A stretch of 41,813 bases of DNA, from the NCBI GenBank assembly GCA_009602735.1, contig WELA01000201.1, forward strand, positions 74,718 through 116,530, written 5' to 3'. Under the pieces are notes generated by a model, which saw only the letters and a list, made by a program, of their open reading frames with translations, was not told where the DNA came from and did no database searches. This document shows, one piece after another, positions 11,531 through 23,403 of the stretch. This DNA comes from Mesotaenium endlicherianum. Taxonomy: Eukaryota. The translations under genes and the position numbers were made by a program. Positions within the stretch are counted from its first letter, which is position 1. Each line of letters starts with the position of its first letter.

Positions 11531-13982
11531 GCGCCTGCACAACCGTGGTGTGCTTGTGTGCGTGCGTGTGCGTGTGCTCCAATGAGCATGTGTCAGCAGA
11601 AAAGCAAGCAAGCAAAAGGTCAGTCAGCAACGTGCACCACACCCGCGTTTCTACACAGCCAGAGCCCGTCGGTATAGCACACGCTAGCCTTGCCAGCTGG
11701 CGCTGTGCAGCGCTACCTGCTCAACTGGCACAGCGCCGTCCGCCTGCCCCACCTGTGCTACCATGCAACAGGCTGAGGGCACTGCAAGCCTATCCAACGC
11801 AACCCACCGCATTCAGACTGCAAACCCCCAAGCATCCACACGCTGCACAGCTGCGAGGCTTTGATCACGCCTTTGACCATGCCTTTGACCAGCATCACGG
11901 AGGCGCTGACTGAAGCCTTCCTTGACGACAGTTGGTCTCAAAGCCACAGCAGCCCTGCGCGAGTCAGCCCGTGCTTGCAGCCAGGCCCGGGGAAGCCCCG
12001 TCCTGTGTGCACGACTGTGTGTGAGCGTGCATGTGATTTGGGAATGGAGGGAGAAGGAAGGGGGGGGGGGGATAAGGGCGGGGGAGGGCGTTTCGCCCTA
12101 TCCAGTCGCTATTATTCTATCAACAGGAATCCCTGGCATCATGACAGATAGAATGAAACGCAATGCACCAGAAGCGGGCCTCCGACAACCCTAAAGCCGG
12201 GTAGTGCTGCACGCACTTCCACCAATGCAACTCCTCTAGGCTTCCAGCAAAAGCACCCCCCGCCCCCTCCCGCTCCCTCTCCCGGCTGTTGCTCAACCAG
12301 CCTCCAGGCACCAGAGCCTCCATGGCCCCTGTGATCCCTCGGCGCAACTTGACCCTGGTTTCACACTCTAGGACAGAATTCGGAGGGCTTTGGGAGGAGG
12401 GCGGTGAGAGTGAGAGTAGAACCCTGGCGCACCTTGGGGCTAGCCGTGTGAGACTTTAGAGGGTTTGAGGGACCAGGGTTTAAGGCCAGCACACTTCACC
12501 CATACAGGCCTTGGCAGACTTGCAGCTCACAAAGTACTGGGGCTTGGCGTCTAGCCTTTAGGTTGGGGTTTCGGGCTTCGGGTTTGTTCAAAATAAAGTG
12601 CGGGGTTTGCCAAGCTACATTTTCACAAGCTAGGGTGTCAAGCCGGGGCCTCACGAGCTAGGATCTGCCGGATTCGGGATGCTGGACCAGTTCCTCCAGT
12701 AGACCCTAAACAGACTTCCAATCGCCTGAGGCCTGGGGCTAGAGAAGCAGAAATTTCAAGTGAGGGCTAGGGGTTTGGTTTCAAAGGCCAGTTCACTTCT
12801 CCAATCGGGCCTCAACAGACTCGTAGTCTCCCACGGCGTGGGGGCCAGGAGATCAGGGTTTAGGTTTTGAAGCGCAGCGTAGGATTGGAGGGCCAGGGCA
12901 CTTCTTCAATAGGGCCTTGGCAGACTCGTAGTCCCCAACAGCTCAGGGGTTGGGGATGAGAAGTTATAAACTTAGGGTTAGGGTTAGGGTTAGAGTTAGA
13001 GTTTGGGTCCGAGGGCTAGCTCACTTCTCCAATAGGGCCTTGACAGACTTGTAGTCCCCGGAGGAGACAGCACAGTGCAAGGCCCGCCCTCCCACGCTGT
13101 TCTGCGTCTCAATGGCAGCTCCCCGCGACAGCAGCAGCTTCACTGTCGACGCCTTTGCGGCGGCGGCCGCGCAGTGCAGGGCCGTCGAGCCCCCCTCCGC
13201 TTGCCGGTCGATGTCCGCTCCTCCATCCAGCAATGCCCCGAGCGCTTCCACCTGGCAAATCCTAACCCCAATCTCTGCGTGCATTATTTGCTGGTCGCTG
13301 TTGAGTACTTCCTCTGACGCTTTGCTCCTCCGTTTGCGAATTGGTATGGGTATATGCATAGACACATACATGACTATGCATATTTATACACATATACGTA
13401 CTTGTAGATATGTGTACATATACACAAACAAAACTGGTAAATACACAAATATATTTACATGCATATGCGTGTCTAAATCTTTAAGAGCTCGACACGCCAG
13501 CCATGAATGCAGCCATATCAGTTCGTAGACTTGGCTTTACCCTACCCGCCTGAACGTTTGCACAGGCCAGGAAGCCCCAGCAAATTCACCCGCAGGAGAA
13601 GAGAGCATCAGTGGTCAGGGCATATCTCTGCTACACATGTTTCTCAATTTCCCCAGAACGCCCTACTGGTGCACAGAAGGGCACCGCATGCATTGCTCCC
13701 AGAGAGGAACAAATAAATGCTCCGCTGTAAGTCAGGAAGCATCGACCATTTGACACATGTCCAAATCTCCAGAGAGCCAAAAGTAGCGAACCAAGAGTGG
13801 GCCGTGGAGTGTTAAGAGCCCCACACCTGCCCCTTGTCGGCGGCAAAATGGAGTGGCATGGCGCCTCCTCTGCAGCTCTGGTTCGCGTCAGCTCCCTCGT
13901 AGAGCAGAGACTTTATTGCCTCCACATCCCCAGCAGCAGCAGCTTTATGCAGCGCTGGTATCTCTCCCTCTCCTTCTGCCAT
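9608..13982 (-). CDS. Ankyrin-repeat protein (~325 aa, ~8 ANK repeats) with C-terminal Cys cluster
   Basis: Exons 13982-13827, 13251-13025, 11291-11017 and 9927-9608; all GT-AG, phases 0/2/1 consistent. ANK motifs: [93 protein letters not shown]. Ends ...[17 protein letters not shown]. Confidence 0.88.
10563..11010. repeat. (CA)n/(GT)n/(GCGT)n compound microsatellite in ankyrin intron 3
   Basis: Long alternating purine-pyrimidine runs seen directly. Confidence 0.85.
12485..13060 (-). repeat. Degenerate tandem copies of ankyrin exon-2 3' end plus donor, with telomere-like spacers
   Basis: The real junction GGGGACTACAAGTCTGTCAAGGCCCTATTGGAGAA|GTGAGC has copies at ~12899-12936, ~12793-12832, ~12688-12722 and ~12492-12530. 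(TTAGGG)3-TTAGAG-TTAGAG occurs at 12972-13001. Confidence 0.8.
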
Positions 13983-15632
13983 GGTTGACACTGTCTAGCT
14001 TGCAAGCCTGAGATAAGCTCCGGCTAAACAACGCCTGTTCCGAATGGACTTTAACTCAAGTCTCAAGAGACAGATCTCGGCTGGTCTTGTACTTGACGTT
14101 AGCTGCAAAGGGAGGCAAATGCTGTTCCTCGTATGGCTTTTCAGTTGCGGGGGACCAATACTTGCATTCTACCCATATGCTGGGCAGTATTAGTCGGATG
14201 ATGCACCATTGATCAAAACAATTCGAGAAGAGGGGTACATTCTTCCTAGAGTACTGTAAAAGTCATCTATAAGGTAGGTAGCTCGTCCACATGCAAAGGT
14301 GGCTCTTCTTTGCAGTCCTTGACTAAGTACAGTGGCGTCCTGACATTGTACAGCTTGACAATTTCACTCCAGTTTCAGACTCGACACTGGACCTCTACTT
14401 GATTTCGGAAAAGGTTAGCGTACTAATGTGTTTTTTTGCTCCTGTCTAACCCCGGTAATGAAAATCGTCTCGGTTAAGCGAAGTTATTGAAGGCATGGAG
14501 TAGAAGTCCACTCAATAGCAACCCCGCAAGCATGGAGTCGTAGTAACGGGGTCAAGATCGGAGGTGGTCGCCCATTCGTTGCTCCAATGTGCTCAATATA
14601 TGACGGTGTATGAAAGTCGTTTCGGTGTAGCCATTGTTGTCACACCAGCTGACCAAAAGCAGGCACCAGCCCGCATCGACATGGATACTCTGATGTGCAT
14701 ACATGCCCCCTAGAAGATGAGTAACCCAATGCCTCCAGCACCATCCTGGACGGTTGCTAGAAATCACCTCAAAAAATGGCTAATAGGGCCCCGCCTTGCT
14801 CGACTATTGTAAGGTCAACAGGTCAACTCAAAATGGTCAAAATAAATTACAGATAAAAGCTAAGCTAGTGAAACTGGATGAAACTGGGTGAAACTCAGGA
14901 TGGATCATTACTGATCAGAATATAACCCAATAAATTGAGTTTCTACGCCGGTAACTTCAGTCGACCGACGTCAATGACTCGTCAAACGGTCAAGCTCTGG
15001 TTGAGCTCAGATCGAGCTCCACTCCAGCTCCAGTCGATGAAAAGACGTCGGACAGCGTCAAAATGCATAGAAGAAACAAACAATCATGCACTAGAAAATA
15101 AAAAGAAGAGAGACGAGGTAGACGTGCGCATACAAGTGCCCTGCTATTGTCGATTAAGCACATTAAGGCACGCCTGTATATACCTGCATTGCCTGCATTG
15201 TCCTACCACTCTTTCTGCCACTCTCTGCACCTCGTTCGGACTTCACCTATGGGACCATCACGACTGCATCAGCCATCCTCTTCTAGTACACCAAAAAGTC
15301 GCTCTTCCCTTTTGAGAGATGGACAGACGTCTCAACTTGCCCCTTCATCTTCGGCTTAATTGGCTCGTTCTTCATAATTTCGAAGGTGCTTCTGTCTTGC
15401 ATCACCTATCGTCTCTTCTCATAGATTTTTGATCCGACCGTTCTGACTATAGGGCCTAGGCGCACGAAGTTAGAAATGGAGGCATTGTCTTTGCTATATA
15501 TAAGTGTGCACAATGCATGGCCACACTATTTCTCAGAAGTGCGTCCTATGTGGACCCGCTTCCATTTCGGTGAGTGTGAGCCATTCCATTTTCCATTGGA
15601 GCGCCACTTAGCTACTCAGCTAGTGCCATACA
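13983..15632. promoter_or_regulatory. Putative divergent promoter/5'UTR region between the ankyrin and hydroxylase genes
   Basis: Head-to-head gene arrangement, TATATATAAG at ~15495-15504, and clustered GGTCAA at 14813, 14821 and 14835. Confidence 0.4.
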
Positions 15633-18153
15633 ATGAGCGGCGAGGAGTATTATCCGAATGTCTCCAGACCTTTGATTAGTAATCCCGTGAGTCTCGAGGG
15701 CCAAAATTTCTTGAGGAATGGGGATGTCCCAAAGTCCCTAAGACGGGCCCTGGTTGTATTCCTCTCAAGGCGTAGCATAATGCTGCTCATCCTCATTGAG
15801 GTCCTAGCAGGGGCGTGGAGAGCTCACCTGCCATGGTCACCTGCCGATGCTTGTGGTGCGTAAACTACTCCTTACAGCATGCTTTCTCATTGCATGTCAA
15901 CTCGACCCATAGAATGCAAATTATTGACCTGTGATGCCCAAGTCATATGCCCCGCCCATACCTTGCCCGGATTCACTTGTAGTATACAACGTTTGCTTCC
16001 CTTGATCTGCTTGGCGTTCACTGGGAAGTGGCAAATGTAGCTTCCACATATGAGATGTTAACTCAGTGTATATGCTTTGGACTTTGCCATGCCCCCCTCT
16101 TGATTGACTATAGTGGTGAAGCATGCATGAAGTTTTAACTGCATGAGACTCCGCCAATTTTGACGTCTGAAGGTTTAACTCTGTCACAGGCCCTCACCCT
16201 GCATCAAAAATGAGCGAGTGCACCCAACACAAGCGATGCTGGGTCTTATGTTATAAAGGATACGGTGTGCAGCTTGTGAGATGTTTGGGAGCAATGCACT
16301 TGAGCGAAGAAGAAAGGTCATTTGATTGATCGTGCTGGCCGTCGATGCGAAGGACAAGACTCACGGTAAGGTGGTATGTAGGAGTGTACTGACGGCTATG
16401 TAGGAGTGTACTGACGGCTATGTAAGGGTGTACTGACGGTTACGTACGACTGTACTGACAATTGTGTAGGAGTGTACTGACGGTCATGTAGGAGGGTACT
16501 GACGGTTGTGTAGGAGCTCAATTCGATCTGTGGGTGGGGCAGTGGTGGGGGCAGTCGTGCTGTGGTGGGTTCTGCAGGAGTGGTGCCTCCACGCGCTGCT
16601 TCTGCACAGCAAGTCCGACTGGTGCTCTCCCTCTCCGCCTGCACACGCCCCCTCTCTCTTCTGTCCACTGACACATTATCGACCGCGTGTCTGCATTCTG
16701 CTTGCCCAAACGGCCCTAAATTAGGCCTTCGACAGCTCATCACTATAATCATGTGGAGTTATTTTCAATTAAGTGTCCATACAGAATGGAATGATAAGAC
16801 AAATGTACGCGCATTGCTTCCCGCAACCTGATGTGCTCCCCCTGGTGACTCATCGCACCCTCTCAATCATGCAATTGAGCAATTGCGAGCGTGCAGGTGG
16901 GGCAAAGCCATGCACATGTCGCACCATGCTTTGCCGTTCCACCATGTCTCCATCGACGGGCTCGAGGTCATCGGCCCGACCCTTCTCGCTGCCCTCGGGA
17001 TCTGCAGCCTGCTGTTTAAGGTCAGCTTTGCGCGTGGGCACACATTCCTCTGAGTCTCTCCCGGGGAGAGGGCTCAAGTACCGCACTTTGTCAGATAGCA
17101 CAGGAAAGAAAAAGCATTTACTTTTAGCCCCCCAGGCGTTCAATCTTTTTCAGATTCTAAAATAGTAAGCCAAATATCTTGGATATGTTTGCAACAGGTG
17201 CGCGCTTTCTGTCCTGCACCTGAACGCATGGTACTACATGCACGCGTTCTTCTTGGGAGATGTGTACGGCCTGAATGAGTAATCACTTCATCTTCTGAAC
17301 TTAGAAATTCTCTGGTGTAGGTCAGTGGGAGATGCATTAAAAGGCGGGTGAGCGTAGGAAACGAGAAAGGTGAAGCACAGCCCTTGAATACGCGAGACTG
17401 CTCTTTTCAGTTACAGAGGATGGACGTAGGCCCGATTGGAGGGGGGCCCGCAAGCTTAGTCGGAAACAGGTTCAGGCTGACTTGATGCGGTGCAGATTGG
17501 TTTTCTGCTTCTCTGTGTCTCTGCTTTCTCTGCAGGACATTTCGCTGAGGCTGACGGCAGTGTGCTCGTATATAGCCATGGGTCTGATGTACGACTGGAC
17601 GCACTTCATGTAAGTTTCCGGCGTATGCATGCAGCTTGGGAGGTATTGAAACAACTGATATGTCTGCAGCTTCCCTTGGATATATTATACCGCTGGACGT
17701 ACAGTATTGAGGTTGTTCTTATGTCAAAGTTTTCAAGTCAATCCCACAGGTTTATACAGTGAGGCGCCGCAAAGTTGAGATTGATGGCAAGATGCCAGCT
17801 GGCAGGATATTTTCCTGTGTCAAAACATGAATAGCCGGATGGATGCATGTCGCAGGCATTGTGCGTCATGTTCAATTAAGTAGGAGTTGAGGATTTTCGT
17901 TGAAAGAAGTCATGCACTGGTGGTCTCTATAAGCACGGCGCGCAATTTGATATTATTTTTTGTCTGGCCCTGTCTCAATCTCGATCTGGTTTGCAGAGTA
18001 CACACGAAGGTGCAGATGCGCTCGTATCCGGCTCGTTTGATAAAGAGGGCTCATGTAAAGCATCACCTGCGAGACGACAAATACTGGTTTAGCTTCACCT
18101 GTCCACCCCTCGATAGTCTGATGGGGACGACTCCTGATTCGTATATGCCATAG
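15633..18153 (+). CDS. Fatty acid hydroxylase / sterol desaturase superfamily membrane di-iron enzyme (~218 aa; 5' end uncertain)
   Basis: Exons 15633-15855, 16543-16621, 16897-17020, 17536-17609 and 17997-18153; all GT-AG, phases 1/2/0/2 consistent. Four His boxes: QEWCLHALLLH, AMHMSHH, YDWTHFIVH and RAHVKHH. These are followed by YWFSFTCPPLDSLMGT and accompanied by hydrophobic segments. Confidence 0.85.
16375..16518 (+). repeat. 22-bp minisatellite (~6.5 units, consensus TATGTAGGAGTGTACTGACGGY) in intron 1 of the hydroxylase gene
   Basis: Units start at 16375, 16397, 16419, 16441, 16463 and 16485, with a partial unit at 16507. Every full unit keeps TACTGAC. Confidence 0.92.
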
Positions 18154-18698
18154 GCTAGTAGTAGATATAAACGGCGATGTACATGTAGCATTCATCGGCA
18201 CTGCATGCAGCTAGAAGATGTGGTGGTCAGCTACAGTTCCGTAATGGCAACCTGCGGACTCCAGGACACTATTTGCGGAAGTCAGATGCTCGATCAAAAA
18301 CCTTGCCACATGACCATACCAATGAACTGAGAGTGAACTTTTTGAAGTCAGCCTCCTAGTGGCACAATTATCCTCCAGATTCTGTTTCCTGGGATCAAGG
18401 ATGACTTCGAATTCATCATCAATGAAATGGGGTGCGGCCACTCTTGACATCCAAGAGCGCGGAGCCTCTGGCATCTGGCATCTGGCACAATTGCTATAAT
18501 TGCAAGCCCATCATTCTATTAAGAAGTCAGCTTCATGTGAGTGTTCAATCATGAGAGAGTACAATCCAAACGCATCTCACATGCTAAGGTGACGCATATC
18601 AACGACATTCAATATTGGCAAATTATGAATGGTAAGAGAAACTTTTATACTCTGTTTACGCATACACGTGATAGCAAAAAATACCTACTCTATATATA

Positions 18699-21600
18699 CT
18701 ATGATTGCGGCTTTGGCATACTAAGTGCCGATTGCGGGAAACCGACTGCAGAGGAGGAGGAGGAAGCGACGGTTGGACTAGCAGCACTTAGTGCATTATT
18801 GACATGTGAGCTAATATTGTGCGCAGCAACTGCGGGCATGCTTGGCGCCGCAGTTGTGGGTATTTCGTCGCGGCCCCTTGACGGGGACGACGCCGCCAGT
18901 GAATTCTGTTGCGGCAGCGCAGCCGACGCCAAGCTCCCAGGCGGCACAAAGGCAGGCCCTCCACCTGGCACTCTCTCCTTACTACTACTACCTGGGGAAC
19001 CTGCCCGAGGAGGTTGCCCCGGGCTGGCGCGCTTGGCAGCGGCGCCGTCAACAGACTCGGCCGGGGATGCATCTGCACCTGAGGATGAGGATGCACCGGC
19101 AGACAAGGGGCGAGACTTCCCAGAGCCTGTGCGGGATGAGCTGGCGGGAGAAGAGGAGGCTGGTGGGAGAGGACGAGGAGGGGGGGTCTCATGGTGCCCG
19201 GCAGAAGCACTGGCAGCCTTCACGCTGGCAGCAGGCAGCGACTGCGGCTCTTCTGCACAGCCGCAGCAACACATGCACCAACGCACACAAAGCACAACAC
19301 ACATGCCACACACATAGGAAGTTCATAAGCACCCAATCACGCATGTACAGATCCACCTCCCCCAGAGAAGCGCACTCCCTCAGGGAGTCCCTCAGGGAGG
19401 AGGTCGGAAGCACCGAGGGCCCAGCCATCCACAAAAGAAGTATGGGAGCCAGGCGGTGAGTACCTGCTTGCAGAATAGCGATTGCACGACATCACAGGGT
19501 CCACAGAGCCAGCACGCATTAACATGCTGAGCAGCAGCATGCACTTGGCCACGTATGGGGGTGGGGCCCACACAAGGCACATACACAGACACAGATTATG
19601 AGATGACGTAGGATACACAGAGCACGACATACTGGCAACTCTCGGAGAGCATGCAGGAGGCATGAGAGGGGCGGGCCATACCCGCATTCCGACCGTCAGG
19701 AGGCGGCTGCAGCCGGGTTCCGCCAGGCGAGGGCGCCTGCGCCTGCTGCTGCTGCTGCTGCTGCTGCTGCGATGACAAATGTGCAGCCTGAGCCTGGGGG
19801 CTGCCTGCAGAGGCATGCTGGTGCTGAGCCTGCCCCGCCGCTGCACCTGCCCCTGGACTCTGGGGGGGAGCCAAAAAGGGTACAGAGCCGCCCGCCTGGC
19901 CGCCCCTGTGGAGGGCGGCAGGCATCTTGGGCAGCAGGTAAGGTGACCTGGGGGGGCCAGGTGCACTTTGAGCCTGCGGGGAGCTGCTGTTTGGCTGCCG
20001 GGTGGCGGTGGCGGCGCTTGCAGCAAAGGGGGGGTCAACTTTTGGAGAGCCTGCTCCTCCTCCTGGGGCCCTGGGTGAGGCAGCTGTCATGGCAGCAGCA
20101 GCTGCTGCTGGGCCGAACGAGCTGCTGCTCACTGCAAGAGAAGGTAGGGTGAAACCGTTGGGAAGGGGGGCAGCCGGGGGAGTGGGAGTGGGAGCAGGCG
20201 CTATCTGCTGCAGCTGCTGCTGGTGGGGGTGCGGGGGCGGGGGTGGCGTTGTCGGCAAGTGGGTAGCACTATTGGCAGGCCCGGCTTGCTGGCCCTGGCC
20301 CTGGCCCTGCAGGCCGAAGGCCGGAAGTTGCTGTTGCTGCTGCTGCTGCTTGCGGTTCTGGAACCCTTGCTGCTGCGACTGCTGCTGCTGCTGTTGCTGC
20401 TGCTGCTGTTTCTGGTACTGCTGCTGCTGCTGCTGGTGGTGATGGTGCTGCTGCTGCTGGTACTGCAGATGCTGCTGGAACTGCTGCAGCTGCTGCTGGT
20501 GGCTCATCTGCTGGAACTGCAGGTGCGCCTGCTGCACCTGCGCCTGCTGCTGCTGCTGGCCAGTCTTCCCCACCAGCCCGCCACTGGATACTCCACCTCC
20601 AGTGCTCCCACTAACACCCGCACCCACGCCTGCACCTACAACCCCGCCCGCTGCCCCTGCACCTGCGCCTGCCCCTGCCCCTCCCCCTGCCCCTCCTGGC
20701 TGATGGGAGGTCCCTGGAGGAGTCTGGGAGGTGCTCTTCTTGCTAGAGCCGCCAGAAGCCTTCACTGCCTGGGAGGCCTTGGCTCCTCCTGCCGCCTTCG
20801 TGCCGAGAGCAGAGCTCGCCTTCAGAGCTGGCGCCAGCGGGGGCAGTGTGGAGCTGCCACCTGGCGAGGCTGCCTGGGGCAGGGCGGGGCCCGGAGCCAG
20901 GCGGGGCAACAGCATGGGGGACATCTGCTGCTGCTGCTGCTGCTGCTGCCCCGCTATTCTGGGCAGGAGCAGTGTGTGGGCCCCCTTCCCTGCTGGCACC
21001 CCCGGAGCAGCAGCTCCTGCAGCAGCTGCAGCAGATGCCATGCCTGCACCCTGCAGGAGGGAGGCGCCGAGAGGGCTGTTTGCTGCAGGTGCTGCCGCCG
21101 ATGGGCCCCCTCCTCCTGCTGCGGCCTTAGCCGGAGGAGTGTGCGACTGGGCATTGCCGCCCGTGCTCTGTCGAGGGGGGCTCATTATGAGGCCGGCACC
21201 AGGTGGCAGGCTCTGGAGGCCGGCTGGGCTGGCTTTGCTCGCTCCGCCGCCCGCTGCTGCCGACGCCCCTCCACCTGCTCCTCCTCCTCCTCCTCCTGCT
21301 GCTGCTGCTCCAGCTGTACTGCGCTCCAGGCTCAGCCCCAGCAAGCCCCCTTGCATTTGCGCTTGCTGCTGCCCACTTGGGGCCGCTCCCCCAGGCGCAG
21401 ACGAGGACGCGCCGCCACCTGTGCCGCCCGCACCGCTGCCCTTGTGCCTCTGCTTGGGCATGTGCGCGCCGCTGCTTGGGGCGGAGGCGGGCAGTGTGAA
21501 CCCCGAGGGAGAGGAGGCGGAGGCAGCAGCAGTGGCAGGAGCAGGATGCAGGCGCGCAGCAGCAGCAGAGGGCAGCGCCAGGCTCAAGGAAGGAGAGGGG

Positions 21601-22018
21601 CACTGCAGCCCCGGGGGGGGCTGCGAGCGCAGTGCTGCACCAGCGGAGCTTGCCTCCCCACTAGCAGCAGCGCTCGCCTGTCCAACACCCCCGCCGCCGC
21701 CGCTCAACTCCCCGTCCTGCCTGCCCGCAGCAGCAGGGCCAGAGACAGAATGCCGCTTGCTGCCGCCACCGGAGCCAACTCCTCCTCCCTTGCTGTCCCT
21801 GTCTCGGTCTCGGTCCCTGTCCCCAGCTCCTCCTCCTCCTCCTCCTCCTCCAATGGCGTCTGTGCCCTCGCGCATGCGCGCCCCCCCCAAGGCAGGGGGT
21901 GGCGCGTACGCGGAGGGAGCAGCAGCAGAAGCAGGAGCGGCGGCGGCTCCTCCGCCTCCTCCTCCTCCGCCAGCTGCATCACGGACGCGGCTCTCATCCC
22001 CTCCTCCGTTCTGCATCC

Positions 22019-22056
<38 letters not shown>

Positions 22057-22416
22057 CTGCCAGCCCTGCCCTGCGGCGGCTGGGCAGAGGGAGGCACCGC
22101 CTGTCCCATCCCCTGCCCATGCTGCTGCTGCTGGCCCAAAGAGCCCTTGGGCTCGGGGCCGCTGTGGAGCATGGCGTGGCCCTGGGGGGCCATCACCGCA
22201 GCCACAGGTGCCAGCCCCAGCGGCCCCGGCCCTACCATGCCGCCTCTCCCCATGGACATATTGAGCGCCGCCAGGCCAGACATGCCGCCGCCGCTGCCGC
22301 CACCCGCAGTGCCGCCGCCGGCCTTGCTGCTGCTGCTGCTGTGGCTGTGGCTGTGCCCGTGGGCGTGGCCCGCCTCCATGCCCTTGAGCGGCGCGTGCAG
22401 GCTTGAAGGAAGATGG

Positions 22417-22454
<38 letters not shown>

Positions 22455-22557
22455 GCTGCCGGAGTGGGCCTGGTGCTGCTGCTGCTGCTGCTGCTGCATG
22501 TTCTTCAAGGCGTTCAGCATGGGAGAGTTTGGGCCGGGCATGAAGGAGGAGAGGTCG

Positions 22558-22590
<33 letters not shown>

Positions 22591-23310
22591 ATCTGCATCT
22601 GCTGCATCGAGTGGGCACCCCCCCCACCAAGCTGCTGCCCAGCCCCGCCAGGGCCGCCCCCCCCCTGGTGCAAACCTCCCGCCTGCCCCTGCCCCTGCCC
22701 CTGGCCAGGCGGATACAGCCCTCTCTGGAGCATGGCCGCAAAGCTCTTGTCACTTTCGGGCGGCGGCCCTCCACCAGCGCCGCCGCTGCCGCCGTGGTCT
22801 CTGTCAGGGAGGGGCCGCTGGCCTTGCTGTGCGGACGAAAACGCTGCCTGCTGCTGCTGCTGCTGGTGCTGCTGCTGGCGCTTGGAGGGGGACTGGGGGG
22901 GGGGCTCGTGCGGCCCTGCCTGAGCCTGCTGCTGCTGCAACTGCTGCTGCTGCAGGTGCTGCTGGGGCTGAGCGTGCAGGCCAGCAGCACCTGGGTTGGC
23001 AAAGCCTCCCCTGCCCCCGTGGGGAGCTCCTTGCTGCTGCTGCTGCTTGCCACCTGGTGGCATGCCTGCGCTCGCTGTGCCCCCCCCTGGCTGTCCTCCT
23101 TGCTGCTGCGCGTGCACCATGTGCGGATGCATGTTGGCAGCGTAGAAGGGCGCGCCGCCAAAAAACTGCGCAGCCTGCTCACACACCCCATGCACACGCG
23201 CACGGCACCATAAGGACCACAGCTCATTTCCCCAATTGCCTCCCCCAATTTTCGCTGAGTAGCAGTGCACAGGATACTTACTTCTCAAACTTTCCTACTA
23301 CCTTCCTACT

Positions 23311-23403
<93 letters not shown>

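Noticed and set aside
12972..13007. True chromosome end or telomere
   Set aside because: Only three perfect TTAGGG units, internal to an intron.
16375..16518. CRISPR-like regular repeat
   Set aside because: Contiguous 22-bp units with no unique spacers, eukaryotic intron context and no cas genes.
20223..23213. Long plus-strand ORFs (727, 730 and 266 aa) antisense to TIC exon 15
   Set aside because: These are polyL/polyC/polyA shadows of GC-rich CAG-repeat coding DNA that is depleted of stop codons; no domain signal.
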